In this document: piece by piece, positions 8,615 through 18,314 of the stretch
Numbering within the stretch: the first letter of the stretch is position 1
Layout of the letters: each line of letters opens with the position of its first letter
Virus genome (UHGV): UHGV-0081762
DNA: 37,921 nucleotides
From: a virus
Direction: 5' to 3' (one strand)
Notes under the pieces: generated by a model
What the model was told of the DNA's origin: nothing
Database searches by the model: none
What the model saw: the letters and a program-made list of their open reading frames with translations, nothing else
Made by a program: the position numbers and the translations under genes

Positions 8615-8767
8615 TCATTTCCTGCGATACCACGGAAGGTTGATAGCTGATTTCATCGCTTTATTTGCTTCAAGCCACATTTTGGAATCACCAATAAATC
8701 TGGCTATTACTGCTTTGTTCTGTGCAGCACGAAGCATCTGGTGATTGATGGCTATTTCATTGCGCAT
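8615..8767 (-). CDS. kil: Kil-like host cell-division inhibitor (50 aa)
   Basis: Hand-translated MRNEIAINHQMLRAAQNKAVIARFIGDSKMWLEANKAMKSAINLPWYRRK; FIGDxKM core resembles lambda Kil; sits next to cIII. Confidence 0.45.
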   Translation of the reverse strand: MRNEIAINHQMLRAAQNKAVIARFIGDSKMWLEANKAMKSAINLPWYRRK

Positions 8768-8883
8768 AATAAGACCTCAACTCTTTTCCATCTGTCACGT
8801 AATTTACGGGTGATTCGTTCAAGTAAAGATTCATTTAGTTGGAAGACACCCATGCGAGCGCCTCCCGCGATTGCGTAAATCAT
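8752..8883 (-). CDS. cIII: CIII-like FtsH(HflB) protease inhibitor (43 aa)
   Basis: Hand-translated MIYAIAGGARMGVFQLNESLLERITRKLRDRWKRVEVLLCAMK; core ESLLERITRKLRDxWKR matches lambda CIII. Confidence 0.75.
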   Translation of the reverse strand: MIYAIAGGARMGVFQLNESLLERITRKLRDRWKRVEVLLCAMK

Positions 8884-8910
8884 GGGTGGTTCCTTATGTT
8901 GGTTTTATTA

Positions 8911-9261
8911 GTAGATTATTTTTGTTGCGAATACTTCGCCTTTTACGATGGCTGTTATGATATTTTTAGCAACATCTTCTGATGCACCAACCTTGATAAG
9001 GTCAGCAAGTATTTTGTTATTTACTTCTTTCCGGTGAGCTTTATCCTTTGCTCTACGCTCTTCTTCGTCCTTGATTCTTTTTTCTTCTGCTATTCTGGCT
9101 TGCTCTTTTGCTTCAGCCTCGCGACGGATTCGTTCAGCCTCCTCCTGTGCTTTTCTGCGTTCTGCTTCAATTGCTGCCTGCTTTTCTCTTTCAGCTCGTT
9201 CTGCTGCCTCTTTTGCTTCGCGCTGTGCTCGTTGCTCGGCTTGCCGTCGTGCAGCTGCACT
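8911..9261 (-). other. Start-less 117-codon open frame (Glu/Ala/Arg/Lys-rich, low-complexity) in the expected N-gene position immediately downstream of nutL
   Basis: Minus-strand frame open from in-frame TGA (9262-9264) to TAA (8908-8910) with no ATG/GTG/TTG; translation SAAARRQAEQRAQREAKEAAERAEREKQAAIEAERRK...KIIY. Confidence 0.4.
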
Positions 9262-9292
9262 TCACGTCACCCCAAAGCCAACTACTCTTTGG

Positions 9293-9335
9293 TTCCCGCA
9301 TTTCGGCGGGACAATCCCATCAATGTTAAAGAGCC
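9293..9335 (-). promoter_or_regulatory. nutL-like site (boxA GGCTCTTTAACA, boxB hairpin TTCCCGCCGAAATGCGGGAA)
   Basis: boxA-like motif and hairpin identical to the boxB-like hairpin after cro. Confidence 0.65.
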
Positions 9336-9379
9336 TGCCAATCTGTTCCGTTTGGCTACCAGCGTCCTGCTGATGGCTA

Positions 9380-9470
9380 AAGAATACTGTAGGTATTTTA
9401 TTGTGTAAATACCCAAGGTATTTATTTTTGGTGAAATAATGATAAGCAAATGAATACAAAGGATATTTAT
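9380..9470 (-). promoter_or_regulatory. oL/pL region with three 15-bp operators of form AATAC-N5-GTATT
   Basis: AATACTGTAGGTATT (9383-9397), AATACCCAAGGTATT (9418-9432), AATACAAAGGATATT (9453-9467). Confidence 0.6.
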
Positions 9471-9554
9471 TTTTTTCGGTGTCTGCTTGTTCAGTGCTTT
9501 TTATGCGGGATATGTGAAGTGGATCCCGATAGCTATTGCTGCCGGGATTATGGG

Positions 9555-9944
9555 TTAGTCAGCGAAGGTTAAGACGAGAATTACCTTAATGATGTCTGCT
9601 ACAACAGACACGGCCATAGATAAACCAAAGACAATCCAAGCCATAGAGATGTCTTCACTACCATCGTATAGAGTTCCGTAATCACTGGTGTAAGGCGTAA
9701 ATGTCGCGCCTTGATACAATAGGTATAAGCTTGATCCATAGAGAATAAATGCAGATATCCCTTGTATTGCCATGATCACCAGAATCATGAAACGAGCTGA
9801 TCTATGCGCCCAAGCCTGGCTTATTTTTTCTGATAGAGATTTCGCAATAAAAGCATGCGCTAAGCCGTAAATTGTCGAGATTGCCAACATCCCAAAAAAG
9901 CTTGCTATAGCGGTTCCAACCATAAGCGCCCCTTGCGTGATCAA
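9555..9944 (-). CDS. Small integral membrane protein (about 4 TM segments) co-transcribed downstream of cI (rex/sie position)
   Basis: 129-aa ORF, ATGA overlap with cI stop; hydrophobic segments. Confidence 0.6.
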   Translation of the reverse strand: MITQGALMVGTAIASFFGMLAISTIYGLAHAFIAKSLSEKISQAWAHRSARFMILVIMAIQGISAFILYGSSLYLLYQGATFTPYTSDYGTLYDGSEDISMAWIVFGLSMAVSVVADIIKVILVLTFAD

Positions 9945-10657
9945 ACCAGCCTTAGTTTTGTCTCAATTGCAACGCCTATAATCTTGCAGTTTCCATTGAT
10001 TGGCACGAGAGGCCATGCAGGGTTAAGTCCCTTGAGGTATTTATTTCCGCCGTCGATTATCAGCTTCTTGAATGTTGCTTCGTTAGAGTCAGAAAGTTTT
10101 GCTATGACCAAGCTGCCGTTGATCGCCTCCCTTCCGGTATCGAAAAGAACGAATGTTCCCTCTGGAATGCTTAACCCAACCGGTGCCGTCATTGAATCAC
10201 CTTCCACTTTAAGCCAAAACGCATTACCTTGAATATGCGCGTCAGACTCAAGCCAAACATCTATGTCTTTAATGGTGTATGGTTCGCATGCTTCACACCA
10301 CGAGCCAGCCTGGATACTGCTTAACACCGGATACCTCTTTCCTGCTCTGTATTCCCCTGCATACCTTACGTTGGCATCGCTCTTAAGGCTTTCTGCCTGT
10401 TCTGCAACCTTGGCAGCAATTGACTGGCTAAAATCAGCAATTGAGACTTGCAACAATCGTGCAAAACCAGATGCAACCTCAACGTTTAGCGCATTTCTGC
10501 CATTAAGATAATGCCCTACCGCTCCTTGGGTGATACCCAGTTCATCAGCGATTGAGTATTGGGTTATTCCCAATTCTTTCTTTTTTGACTCATACAAAGC
10601 CTTAAGCCGCTTAGCGTCTTCCAGCTGTTCTGTCGTCAGTGATTTTTTATTTTCCAT
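9941..10657 (-). CDS. cI: CI-type repressor (HTH plus S24 LexA-like peptidase domain)
   Basis: 238 aa; N-terminus TTEQLEDAKRLKALYESKKKELGITQ closely resembles lambda CI; C-terminal FWLKVEGDSMTAP and FKKL motifs. Confidence 0.9.
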   Translation of the reverse strand: MENKKSLTTEQLEDAKRLKALYESKKKELGITQYSIADELGITQGAVGHYLNGRNALNVEVASGFARLLQVSIADFSQSIAAKVAEQAESLKSDANVRYAGEYRAGKRYPVLSSIQAGSWCEACEPYTIKDIDVWLESDAHIQGNAFWLKVEGDSMTAPVGLSIPEGTFVLFDTGREAINGSLVIAKLSDSNEATFKKLIIDGGNKYLKGLNPAWPLVPINGNCKIIGVAIETKLRLV

Positions 10658-10763
10658 AGCTTAATTCTAATAGCTAAGGTACTTAAACTAAAAATACCCT
10701 GAGTATTGATTGCTTTGAATACCTGTAGTATTCTTTATTCATGGTTAATAACGGAGAGTGCAT
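10658..10763. promoter_or_regulatory. oR/pRM/pR divergent control region with three AATAC-N5-GTATT-type operators
   Basis: AATAGCTAAGGTACT (10669-10683), AATACCCTGAGTATT (10693-10707), AATACCTGTAGTATT (10718-10732); candidate pR TTGATT-17-TATTCT. Confidence 0.6.
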
Positions 10764-10958
10764 ATGATTCGAATGACACTTGCCGATTACGCCAAAATCC
10801 ATGGACAGGCTAAAGCAGCCAGTGACTTTGGTGTAATCCAGTGCGCTATCAGCAAGGCCATTCTGGCAGGCCGTAACATCATGGTTACGGTAAAGCCTGA
10901 TGGCAGTGTGATTGGAGAGGAAGTTCGTCCTTTCCCAAGCAACAAGAAAAACAAATAG
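10764..10958 (+). CDS. cro: Cro repressor
   Basis: [24 protein letters not shown]...FPSNKK aligns with lambda Cro; GGAG RBS; longest ORF starts at GTG 10758. Confidence 0.85.
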   Translation: MIRMTLADYAKIHGQAKAASDFGVIQCAISKAILAGRNIMVTVKPDGSVIGEEVRPFPSNKKNK

Positions 10959-10964
10959 TAACAC

Positions 10965-11009
10965 CGCTCTTTAACAGTCATGGTCATCATTCCCGCCGAA
11001 ATGCGGGAA
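10965..11009 (+). promoter_or_regulatory. nutR-like site (boxA CGCTCTTTAACA, boxB hairpin TTCCCGCCGAAATGCGGGAA)
   Basis: Canonical boxA sequence followed 13 nt later by 8-bp stem hairpin identical to nutL copy. Confidence 0.7.
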
Positions 11010-11066
11010 TACAACGCGCATAAGTTGATGCGCATAACTTCTTATTTGTTAAGGAAATACTTACAT

Positions 11067-11345
11067 ATGCAACTTACAAGTACTCGCAAGAAAGCGAATG
11101 CAATTACAAGCAACATCCTGAATCGAATTGCTGTACGTGGTCAGCGAAAGGTTGCCGACGCGTTAGGGATTAATGAATCGCAAATTTCGCGATGGAAAGA
11201 CAGCTTCATCCCCAAAATGGGAATGCTTCTGGCTGTTCTTGAATGGGGTGTTGAAGACGAGGAGTTGGCGGAACTGGCTAAGAAAGTAGCCAGAATGCTG
11301 ACAAAAGAAAAAGCCCCGAAGAACGGCGAATTCTTCGAGGCCTGA
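11067..11345 (+). CDS. cII: CII transcriptional activator
   Basis: ESQISRWKDSFIPKMGMLLAVLEWGV matches lambda CII core; start at MQLT with AAGGAAA RBS; longest ORF from 10980 overlaps nutR. Confidence 0.8.
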   Translation: MQLTSTRKKANAITSNILNRIAVRGQRKVADALGINESQISRWKDSFIPKMGMLLAVLEWGVEDEELAELAKKVARMLTKEKAPKNGEFFEA

Positions 11346-11379
11346 TGTAGAAAGACTGGATCAATCCACAGGAGTCATT

Positions 11380-11541
11380 ATGACAAAACGTCGTAAGAAA
11401 TACCAGGAAAAAGAAGAGATTCGACACCCTGATTCACCTGAGGGATTAGTGGTAGCCGCAGCAAATAACAGGGCGTTCGCAGAGCGCCTTGTTGGTGTTT
11501 ACAGACTAGCCAAAGCAGGAGTGAAACATGGGCGTCGTTAA
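11380..11541 (+). CDS. Small basic hypothetical protein (53 aa)
   Basis: Hand-translated MTKRRKKYQEKEEIRHPDSPEG...GVKHGRR; GGAG RBS; between cII and replication gene. Confidence 0.35.
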   Translation: MTKRRKKYQEKEEIRHPDSPEGLVVAAANNRAFAERLVGVYRLAKAGVKHGRR

Positions 11542-12349
11542 GTTAGCTGATTACAGGCCTCAACTGGAGGTCGTGGAGCATCGCGTGGCAGATACCGAAG
11601 ATGGTTTCATGCGCGTTGCTAACGAGATTACCGACAGTCTGCTGATGGCTGATTTAACCGTCCGGCAGTTGAAGGTGATGCTCGCTATCATGCGCAAGAC
11701 ATACGGATTCAATAAGCCGATGGATCGACTCACAAACACGCAGATAGCAGCCATGACAGGTATTCATCACACTCATGTTTGCGCTGCCAAGCGCCAGCTT
11801 ATTGAGCGTAAATTCCTCATTGCTGATGGCGTGAAAATCGGAGTGAACAAGGTGGTTTCGCAGTGGATTAGCCAGGATAGCTTAACATTAGCTAAAACAG
11901 CTAATAAAACATTAGCCAAGTCGGCTAATGGGTATAAGCCAAGTCAGCTAAACACAAAAGACAATATACAAAAGACAATAAATACAAATACCCCCTTACC
12001 CCCTAACGGGGGCGGCGATGGGCAGGTTAAACCTGAACGTCGCAAGGCAGAACGAATCGACTACGAATCCTTCCTGAACGCCTACAACACCGAAGTCGGT
12101 GACAGACTGCCACACGCTGTTGCAGTCAACGAGAAACGCAAACGCCGCCTGAAGAAAATCATCCCGCAACTGAAAACGCCAAACGTGGACGGTTTCAGAG
12201 CGTATGTCAGGGCGTTTGTACATCAGGCCAAGCCGTTTTACTTCGGAGACAACGACACGGGCTGGACGGCCGATTTTGATTACCTGCTGAGGGAAGATTC
12301 GTTAACGGGAGTACGGGAAGGGAAGTTTGCAGACAGGGGGATTGCATGA
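11528..12349 (+). CDS. Replication initiator, lambda O-like (replisome organizer)
   Basis: N-terminal [32 protein letters not shown] resembles lambda O DNA-binding domain. Confidence 0.8.
   Translation: MGVVKLADYRPQLEVVEHRVADTEDGFMRVANEITDSLLMADLTVRQLKVMLAIMRKTYGFNKPMDRLTNTQIAAMTGIHHTHVCAAKRQLIERKFLIADGVKIGVNKVVSQWISQDSLTLAKTANKTLAKSANGYKPSQLNTKDNIQKTINTNTPLPPNGGGDGQVKPERRKAERIDYESFLNAYNTEVGDRLPHAVAVNEKRKRRLKKIIPQLKTPNVDGFRAYVRAFVHQAKPFYFGDNDTGWTADFDYLLREDSLTGVREGKFADRGIA
11885..12025 (+). repeat. Candidate origin (iteron-like repeats plus AT-rich tract inside O-like gene)
   Basis: Repeats agccaagtc/agctaa several times, acaaaagacaata twice, then cccccttaccccctaacggggg. Confidence 0.45.
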
Positions 12350-13722
12350 AACAGGATATCGAAGCGAGCGTTATCGGTGGCCTGCTGATTGGTGGATTAA
12401 CACCAACCGCCAGCGACGTTCTGGCAACGCTGGAGCCGGAAGCGTTTTCAATTCCGCTCTACCGGAAAGCCTTCGAAGTTATCCGCAAGCAGGCGAGAAA
12501 CAGAAACCTAATCGACGCGCTGATGGTTGCCGAGGAGTGCGGAGAGGAGCATTTCACGTCAATCCTGATGACCAGTAAGAACTGCCCGAGTGCCGCAAAC
12601 CTGAAGGGATATGCCGGAATGGTCGCGGATAACTATCACCGCCGTCTGGTGCTGGAAATCATGGATGAAATGCGTGAACCAATTCAGAGCGGAACCATCG
12701 ACGCATCGAGTCAGGCGATGGATGAGCTTGTAAAGCGTCTTTCAGCCATCAGAAAGCCCCGTGACGAGGTTAAACCTGTACGGTTAGGGGAAATCATTAC
12801 TGACTACACTGACACGCTTGACAGGCGTCTGAGGAACGGAGAAGAGTCCGACACCCTGAAGACCGGAATCGAAGAACTTGATGCCATCACCGGAGGGATG
12901 AACGCAGAAGACCTGGTGATAATCGCTGCTCGTCCTGGTATGGGGAAAACCGAACTAGCGCTGAAGATTGCCGAAGGCGTTGCAAGCCGCGTTATTCCTG
13001 GTTCTGACGTCCGGCGCGGGGTATTGATTTTCTCAATGGAAATGAGCGCATTGCAGATTGCAGAGCGAAGCATTGCCAACGCCGGGAGGATGTCGGTTAG
13101 CGTACTGCGAAATCCTGCATCGATGGATGACGAAGGCTGGGCGCGCGTTGCTAACGGCATGAGTCAGCTTGCAGATTTGGATGTATGGGTAGTCGATGCC
13201 TCGCGGTTATCGGTCGAAGAAATACGCTCAATCGCAGAACGGCACAAACAGGAAAATCCAAACCTGTCACTCATCATGGCGGATTATCTTGGCCTGATTG
13301 AGAAGCCGAAAGCAGACCGCAACGACCTCGCAATTGCTCACATCTCCGGAAGCCTGAAGGCGATGGCGAAAGACCTGAAAACGCCAGTTATCTCCCTGAG
13401 TCAGCTTTCGCGCGATGTTGAGAAGCGACCAAACAAACGCCCGACAAACGCAGATTTGCGTGATTCAGGAAGCATTGAGCAGGACGCAGACTCAATCATC
13501 ATGCTCTATCGGGAAGCGGTATATGACGAGAACAGTAGCGCCGCGCCATTTGCTGAAATCATTGTGACAAAAAACCGTTTTGGCTCGCTTGGTACGGTTT
13601 ACCAGCGGTTCTGTAACGGACACTTTGTTGCATGTGACCAGGATGAAGCCAGACAGATTTGCACAACATCAAATGCACCCGCTGCACGTGGCAGGCGATA
13701 TGCACAAGGGGCTGACGTATGA
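12346..13722 (+). CDS. Replicative DNA helicase (DnaB family; P22 gene 12-like)
   Basis: 458 aa; Walker [13 protein letters not shown], DnaB-like motifs. Confidence 0.85.
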   Translation: MKQDIEASVIGGLLIGGLTPTASDVLATLEPEAFSIPLYRKAFEVIRKQARNRNLIDALMVAEECGEEHFTSILMTSKNCPSAANLKGYAGMVADNYHRRLVLEIMDEMREPIQSGTIDASSQAMDELVKRLSAIRKPRDEVKPVRLGEIITDYTDTLDRRLRNGEESDTLKTGIEELDAITGGMNAEDLVIIAARPGMGKTELALKIAEGVASRVIPGSDVRRGVLIFSMEMSALQIAERSIANAGRMSVSVLRNPASMDDEGWARVANGMSQLADLDVWVVDASRLSVEEIRSIAERHKQENPNLSLIMADYLGLIEKPKADRNDLAIAHISGSLKAMAKDLKTPVISLSQLSRDVEKRPNKRPTNADLRDSGSIEQDADSIIMLYREAVYDENSSAAPFAEIIVTKNRFGSLGTVYQRFCNGHFVACDQDEARQICTTSNAPAARGRRYAQGADV

Positions 13723-13747
13723 CCATCTACATCACTGAGCTAATAAC

Positions 13748-13779
13748 AGGCCTGCTGGTAATCGCAGGCCTTTTTATTT
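13748..13779 (+). terminator. Rho-independent terminator after replication genes (tR2-like position)
   Basis: aggcctgc-8 nt loop-gcaggcct followed by TTTTTATTT. Confidence 0.6.
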
Positions 13780-13794
13780 GGGGGAGAGTAAATC

Positions 13795-14001
13795 GTGGCT
13801 GAGTTTATGCTCGTCGCATTCAAATGCGTTGGCGTTGGATGGATTCTTCTGACGTTTTTTATTGTTCTGCATAGCTACATTCGTCTTGTGAATGACGGTA
13901 AAGACCCATGGTATACGTTGTTTGGCGCTGCATTTGTCTGGGTGATTATCGGTGTTATGCCTGTTGTCGTAGCAAAAATGGCGTGGCGTTTTGTGAGTTG
14001 A
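13795..14001 (+). CDS. Small hydrophobic membrane protein
   Basis: 68-aa ORF with two hydrophobic segments. Confidence 0.45.
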   Translation: MAEFMLVAFKCVGVGWILLTFFIVLHSYIRLVNDGKDPWYTLFGAAFVWVIIGVMPVVVAKMAWRFVS

Positions 14002-14018
14002 ACTGAGGGTAAGTATCG

Positions 14019-14303
14019 ATGGACGAATCAAGAAAGCAGTTTGAAGAAAGTTGGTTGCGACGTGGAGGCGAATCATCAGACCTTATCCGTTATCCTGAAA
14101 ATCACCATGAAATTGGCAGTGGTGATATTGGTGGTCAATACGTGATGGACGATGTTCAAGGCCACTGGCAAACGTGGCAGGCATCGCGAGCAGCTATTGA
14201 AATTGAGTTGCCTGTATGGTTTGTCAGTGATGCTATTGCTGTGTACGACCGTGACGATATCGATGAATCCATCCGCGCCGCTGGAATCAAAGTGAAGGAG
14301 TAA
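14019..14303 (+). CDS. Hypothetical nin-region protein
   Basis: 94-aa ORF, operon orientation. Confidence 0.5.
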   Translation: MDESRKQFEESWLRRGGESSDLIRYPENHHEIGSGDIGGQYVMDDVQGHWQTWQASRAAIEIELPVWFVSDAIAVYDRDDIDESIRAAGIKVKE

Positions 14304-14305
14304 CG

Positions 14306-14752
14306 ATGAAGCAAATATACATGCTTCGCAACGAAGAAATCAGAAACAACGCCATAGACGCAATACTCTCACTTCCCATCGACGACAAGTCACCTCACGA
14401 AGTCCACGTTAGAGAACCCAAACGCAGCAAAGCGCAGAATGACCGTATGTGGCCGATGCTGAACGATGTTTCGCGTCAGGTGCTATGGCATGGTCAACGG
14501 CTGGAACCGGAAGACTGGAAAGACCTGTTCACTGCCCTGTGGCTTAAGACCAAAAAACTAGAGCAACGAAGTGTGCCTGGTATCGACGGTGGCGTTGTCA
14601 TGCTTGGCGTGCGTACCAGCAAAATGCGAAAGGCCAGCATGACTGAGCTTATCGAAATCATGTTCTGGTTCGGCTCAGAGCGCAACGTGCGGTGGAGCGA
14701 TGACTCCCGGAGAGAGTATGAATGGTCACAACGAAAAGGGATGGCTGCATGA
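14306..14752 (+). CDS. ninB: NinB (Orf-family recombination mediator)
   Basis: QNDRMWPMLNDVSRQVLWHG...WSDDSRREYEW resembles lambda NinB. Confidence 0.8.
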   Translation: MKQIYMLRNEEIRNNAIDAILSLPIDDKSPHEVHVREPKRSKAQNDRMWPMLNDVSRQVLWHGQRLEPEDWKDLFTALWLKTKKLEQRSVPGIDGGVVMLGVRTSKMRKASMTELIEIMFWFGSERNVRWSDDSRREYEWSQRKGMAA

Positions 14753-15276
14753 CTATCAAATCAAATACGCCAGCACACGACAAGGACTGCTGGCAAACGC
14801 CGCTTTGGCTTTTTGATGCACTGGATATTGAGTTTGGATTCTGGCTGGATTCGGCAGCGAGCGACAAAAATGCTCTGTGCGCTCACTGGCTAACTGAGGC
14901 CGACGACGCGCTCAATTCTGAGTGGGTAAGTCACGGTGCAATCTGGAATAACCCACCGTACAGCAATATCAGGCCGTGGGTGGGAAAAGCCGCTGAGCAG
15001 TGCATACAACAGCGACAGACGGTAGTTATGCTTGTGCCAGAGGATATGTCAGTCGGATGGTTCAGCAAGGCTCTGGAGAGTGTTGACGAAGTTCGCATCA
15101 TCACTGATGGACGGATTAATTTTATCGAACCATCGACAGGGCTGGAGAAGAAGGGAAACAGCAAAGGCTCCATGCTGCTGATTTGGCGACCGTTCATCAG
15201 TCCTCGACGGATGTTTACTACCGTATCCAAAGCGGCATTGATGGCGATCGGGCAGGGCGTCAGGAGGGCGGCATGA
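14749..15276 (+). CDS. Phage DNA N6-adenine methyltransferase (Dam-family)
   Basis: NPPY catalytic motif ([10 protein letters not shown]); nin-region location; start at MTIKSN. Confidence 0.75.
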   Translation: MTIKSNTPAHDKDCWQTPLWLFDALDIEFGFWLDSAASDKNALCAHWLTEADDALNSEWVSHGAIWNNPPYSNIRPWVGKAAEQCIQQRQTVVMLVPEDMSVGWFSKALESVDEVRIITDGRINFIEPSTGLEKKGNSKGSMLLIWRPFISPRRMFTTVSKAALMAIGQGVRRAA

Positions 15277-15455
15277 GACGACAGCGACGAAGTATCACCG
15301 ACATAATCTGTGAAAACTGCAAATACCTTCCAACGAAACGCTCCAGAAATAAACGCAAGCCAATCCCAAAAGAATCTGACGTAAAAACATTCAATTACAC
15401 GGCTCACCTGTGGGACATCCGGTGGCTTAGAGAACGTGCGAGGAAAACAAGGTGA
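15273..15455 (+). CDS. ninE: NinE
   Basis: [52 protein letters not shown] near-identical to lambda NinE as recalled. Confidence 0.85.
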   Translation: MRRQRRSITDIICENCKYLPTKRSRNKRKPIPKESDVKTFNYTAHLWDIRWLRERARKTR

Positions 15456-15622
15456 TTGACCAAAATCGAAGTTACGAACAAGGAAGTGTCGAGCGAGCTT
15501 TAACGTGCGTTAATTGCGGTCAAAAGCTGCATGTGCTGGAAGTTCACGTGTGCTCAGATTGCTGCGCAGAACTGATGAGCGATCCGAATAGCTCAATGTA
15601 CGAGGAAGAAGACGATGAGTGA
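15452..15622 (+). CDS. ninF: NinF (GTG start)
   Basis: Hand-translated [56 protein letters not shown] matches lambda NinF. Confidence 0.75.
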   Translation: MIDQNRSYEQGSVERALTCVNCGQKLHVLEVHVCSDCCAELMSDPNSSMYEEEDDE

Positions 15623-15884
15623 TTTCTCTGAGCTTATTTCCTTCAAAAAAGACAGAGAAGAAATGCGGACTGAATCTGTCTATTACGTTCAACACCGGAA
15701 TAAACGCTCGGTGCTTGATCAGGAGCTGGTTATTACCGGAGACCTGGCGTTCAGAACATATAAGGCCAGCATGGAAATGAAGGATTTCCCTAAATGTGGT
15801 TCTGAAAGAGAAGCCGCGTTAAAGCTGGCTGAGTGGATGCAGAGAATGGCTGCTGCAATTGAGAATTACTGGAGCGAACCATAA
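15615..15884 (+). CDS. Hypothetical nin-region protein
   Basis: 89-aa ORF. Confidence 0.5.
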   Translation: MSDFSELISFKKDREEMRTESVYYVQHRNKRSVLDQELVITGDLAFRTYKASMEMKDFPKCGSEREAALKLAEWMQRMAAAIENYWSEP

Positions 15885-16495
15885 TGGCTAAACAAGCGCG
15901 AAGGCGATGTAAAAACGAAGAATGTCGGGAATGGTTTCACCCTGCATTCGCTAATCAGTGGTGGTGCTCTCCAGAGTGTGGAACAAAGATAGCACTCGAA
16001 CGACGAAGCAAAGAACGCGAAAAAGCGGAAAAAGCAGCAGAGAAGAAACGACGACGAGAGGAGCAGAAACAGAAAGATAAACTTAAGATTCGAAAACTCG
16101 CCTTAAAGCCCCGCAGTTACTGGATTAAACAAGCCCAACAAGCAGTAAACGCCTTCATCAGAGAAAGAGACCGCGACTTACCATGTATCTCGTGCGGAAC
16201 GCTCACGTCTGCTCAGTGGGATGCCGGACATTACCGGACAACTGCTGCGGCACCTCAACTCCGATTTGATGAACGCAATATTCACAAGCAATGCGTGGTG
16301 TGCAACCAGCATAAAAGCGGAAATCTCGTTCCGTATCGCGTCGAACTGATTAACCGGATCGGGCAGGAAGCAGTAGACGAAATCGAATCAAACCATAACC
16401 GCCATCGCTGGACTGTCGAAGAGTGCAAGGCGATCAAGGCAGAGTACCAACAGAAACTCAAAGACCTGCGAAATAGCAGAAGTGAGGCCGCATGA
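15884..16495 (+). CDS. ninG: NinG/Rap-like recombination endonuclease
   Basis: 203 aa; Cys-rich N-terminus and length match lambda NinG. Confidence 0.8.
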   Translation: MAKQARRRCKNEECREWFHPAFANQWWCSPECGTKIALERRSKEREKAEKAAEKKRRREEQKQKDKLKIRKLALKPRSYWIKQAQQAVNAFIRERDRDLPCISCGTLTSAQWDAGHYRTTAAAPQLRFDERNIHKQCVVCNQHKSGNLVPYRVELINRIGQEAVDEIESNHNRHRWTVEECKAIKAEYQQKLKDLRNSRSEAA

Positions 16496-16698
16496 CGTTC
16501 TCAGTAAAAACCATTCCAGACATGCTCGTTGAAGCATACGGAAACCAGACAGAAGTGGCACGCAGACTGAAATGTAGTCGCGGCACGGTAAGAAAATACG
16601 TTGATGATAAAGACGGGAAAATGCACGCCATCGTCAACGACGTTCTCATGGTTCATCGCGGATGGAGTGAAAGAGATGCGCTATTACGAAAAAATTGA
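16492..16698 (+). CDS. ninH: NinH
   Basis: 68-aa ORF with HTH-like segment, position after ninG. Confidence 0.7.
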   Translation: MTFSVKTIPDMLVEAYGNQTEVARRLKCSRGTVRKYVDDKDGKMHAIVNDVLMVHRGWSERDALLRKN

Positions 16699-17341
16699 TG
16701 GCAGCAAATACCGAAATATTTGGGTAGTTGGCGATCTGCACGGATGCTACACGAACCTGATGAAAAAACTGGAGACGATAGGATTCGACACCAAAAAAGA
16801 CCTTCTTATCTCGGTTGGCGATTTGGTCGATCGCGGTACAGAGAACGTTGAATGCCTGGAATTAATCACATTCCCCTGGTTCAGAGCTGTACGTGGAAAC
16901 CATGAGCAAATGATGATTGATGGCTTATCAGAGCGCGGAAACGTCAATCACTGGCTGCTTAATGGCGGTGGCTGGTTCTTTAATCTCGATTACGACAAAG
17001 AAATTCTGGCTAAAGCTCTTGCCCATAAAGCAGATGAACTTCCGTTAATCATCGAACTGGTGAGTAAAGATAAAAAATATGTCATCTGCCACGCCGATTA
17101 TCCTTGTGACGAATACGAGTTTGGAAAGCCAGTTGATCATCAGCAGGTAATCTGGAACCGCGAACGAATCAGCAACTCACAAGACGGGATCGTGAAAGAA
17201 ATTAAAGGCGCGGACACGTTCATCTTTGGTCATACGCCAGCAGTGAAACCGCTCAAATTTGCCAACCAGATGTATATCGATACCGGCGCAGTGTTCTGCG
17301 GAAATCTCACATTGATTCAGGTACAGGGAGAAGGCGCATGA
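16676..17341 (+). CDS. Ser/Thr protein phosphatase (lambda PPase/NinI-like metallophosphatase)
   Basis: GDLHGCY and GDLVDRG metallophosphoesterase motifs; start at MRYYEK. Confidence 0.85.
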   Translation: MRYYEKIDGSKYRNIWVVGDLHGCYTNLMKKLETIGFDTKKDLLISVGDLVDRGTENVECLELITFPWFRAVRGNHEQMMIDGLSERGNVNHWLLNGGGWFFNLDYDKEILAKALAHKADELPLIIELVSKDKKYVICHADYPCDEYEFGKPVDHQQVIWNRERISNSQDGIVKEIKGADTFIFGHTPAVKPLKFANQMYIDTGAVFCGNLTLIQVQGEGA

Positions 17342-17961
17342 GACTCGAAAGCGTAGCTAAATTTCATTCGCCAAAAAGCCCGATGATTAGCGACTCACCA
17401 CGGGCTACGGCTTCTGACTCTCTTTCCGGTACTGATGTGATGGCTGCTATGGGGATGGCGCAATCACAAGCCGGATTCGGAATGGCTGCATTCTGTGGTA
17501 AGCACGAACTCAGCCAGAACGACAAACAAAAGGCTATCAACTATCTGATGCAATTTGCACACAAGGTATCGGGGAAATACCGTGGTGTGGCAAAGCTTGA
17601 AGGAAATACTAAGGCAAAGGTACTGCAAGTTCTCGCAACATTCGCTTATGCGGATTATTGCCGTAGTGCCGCGACGCCGGGTGCAAGATGCAGAGATTGC
17701 CACGGTACAGGCCGTGCGGTTGATATAGCAAAAACAGAGCTGTGGGGGAGAGTTGTCGAGAAAGAGTGCGGAAGATGCAAAGGTGTCGGCTATTCAAGGA
17801 TGCCAGCAAGCGCCGCATATCGCGCTGTAACGATGCTAATCCCAAACCTTACTCAACCCACCTGGTCACGCACTGTTAAGCCGCTGTATGACGCTCTGGT
17901 GGTGCAATGCCACAAAGAAGAGTCAATCGCAGACAACATTTTGAACGCGGTCACACGTTAG
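17338..17961 (+). CDS. Q: Late gene antiterminator Q (lambda Q-like)
   Basis: 207 aa; [16 protein letters not shown]... essentially lambda Q as recalled. Confidence 0.9.
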   Translation: MRLESVAKFHSPKSPMISDSPRATASDSLSGTDVMAAMGMAQSQAGFGMAAFCGKHELSQNDKQKAINYLMQFAHKVSGKYRGVAKLEGNTKAKVLQVLATFAYADYCRSAATPGARCRDCHGTGRAVDIAKTELWGRVVEKECGRCKGVGYSRMPASAAYRAVTMLIPNLTQPTWSRTVKPLYDALVVQCHKEESIADNILNAVTR

Positions 17962-18003
17962 CAGCATGATTGCCACGGATGGCAACATATTAACGGCATG
18001 ATA

Positions 18004-18032
18004 TTGACTTATTGAATAGAGTTGGGTAAATT
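18004..18032 (+). promoter_or_regulatory. Late promoter pR' (TTGACT-17-TAAATT) with qut region
   Basis: Sequence matches lambda pR' region as recalled. Confidence 0.7.
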
Positions 18033-18173
18033 TGACCCAACGATGGGTTAATTCGCTCGTTGTGGTAGTGAGATAAAAAGAGGCGGCGCTTACTACCGAT
18101 TCCGCCTAGTTGGTCACTTCGACGTATCGTCTGGAACTCCAACCATCGCAGGCTGAGAGGTCTGCAAAATGCA

Positions 18174-18232
18174 ATCCCGAAACAGTTCGCAGGTAATATT
18201 AGAGCCTGCATAACGGTTTCGGGATTTTTTAT
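18174..18232 (+). terminator. tR' terminator (6S RNA 3' end)
   Basis: cccgaaac...gtttcggg long hairpin followed by ATTTTTTATTT. Confidence 0.7.
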
Positions 18233-18234
18233 TT

Positions 18235-18309
18235 GGGTCAGTCGTATAAAGGTCATTACGGAAGGCTGTTAACCTTCTTATCGTGGTTCGAGTCCACGCT
18301 GTCCCGCCA
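18235..18309 (+). tRNA. tRNA-like gene, probable anticodon GUU (Asn); one acceptor-stem and one D-stem mismatch
   Basis: Hand-folded: acceptor GGGTCAG/CTGTCCC, anticodon stem GAAGG/CCTTC with loop CTGTTAA, T-arm CGTGG-TTCGAGT-CCACG, GCCA end. Confidence 0.45.
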
Positions 18310-18314
18310 AATAT

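Noticed and set aside
9040-9260. Short GCA/GAA/CTC-type repeats that might suggest a repeat array or CRISPR
   Set aside because: No regular repeat-spacer periodicity or conserved direct repeat units; it is codon-level low complexity inside an open reading frame.
9034-9408. Plus-strand ORFs (124, 100 and 73 aa) rich in Ser/Cys/Leu/Phe
   Set aside because: They are antisense reading of the low-complexity GAA/GCA-rich minus-strand region and of the nutL/oL region; no RBS and compositionally artefactual.
9262-9459. 65-aa minus-strand ORF
   Set aside because: It spans the three oL operators and the nutL boxA/boxB elements, so it is almost certainly non-coding regulatory DNA.
10980-11066. Longer cII ORF starting at 10980 (121 aa)
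   Set aside because: The extension overlaps the nutR boxB hairpin and lacks an RBS; the ATG at 11067 has a good RBS and gives a CII-sized product.
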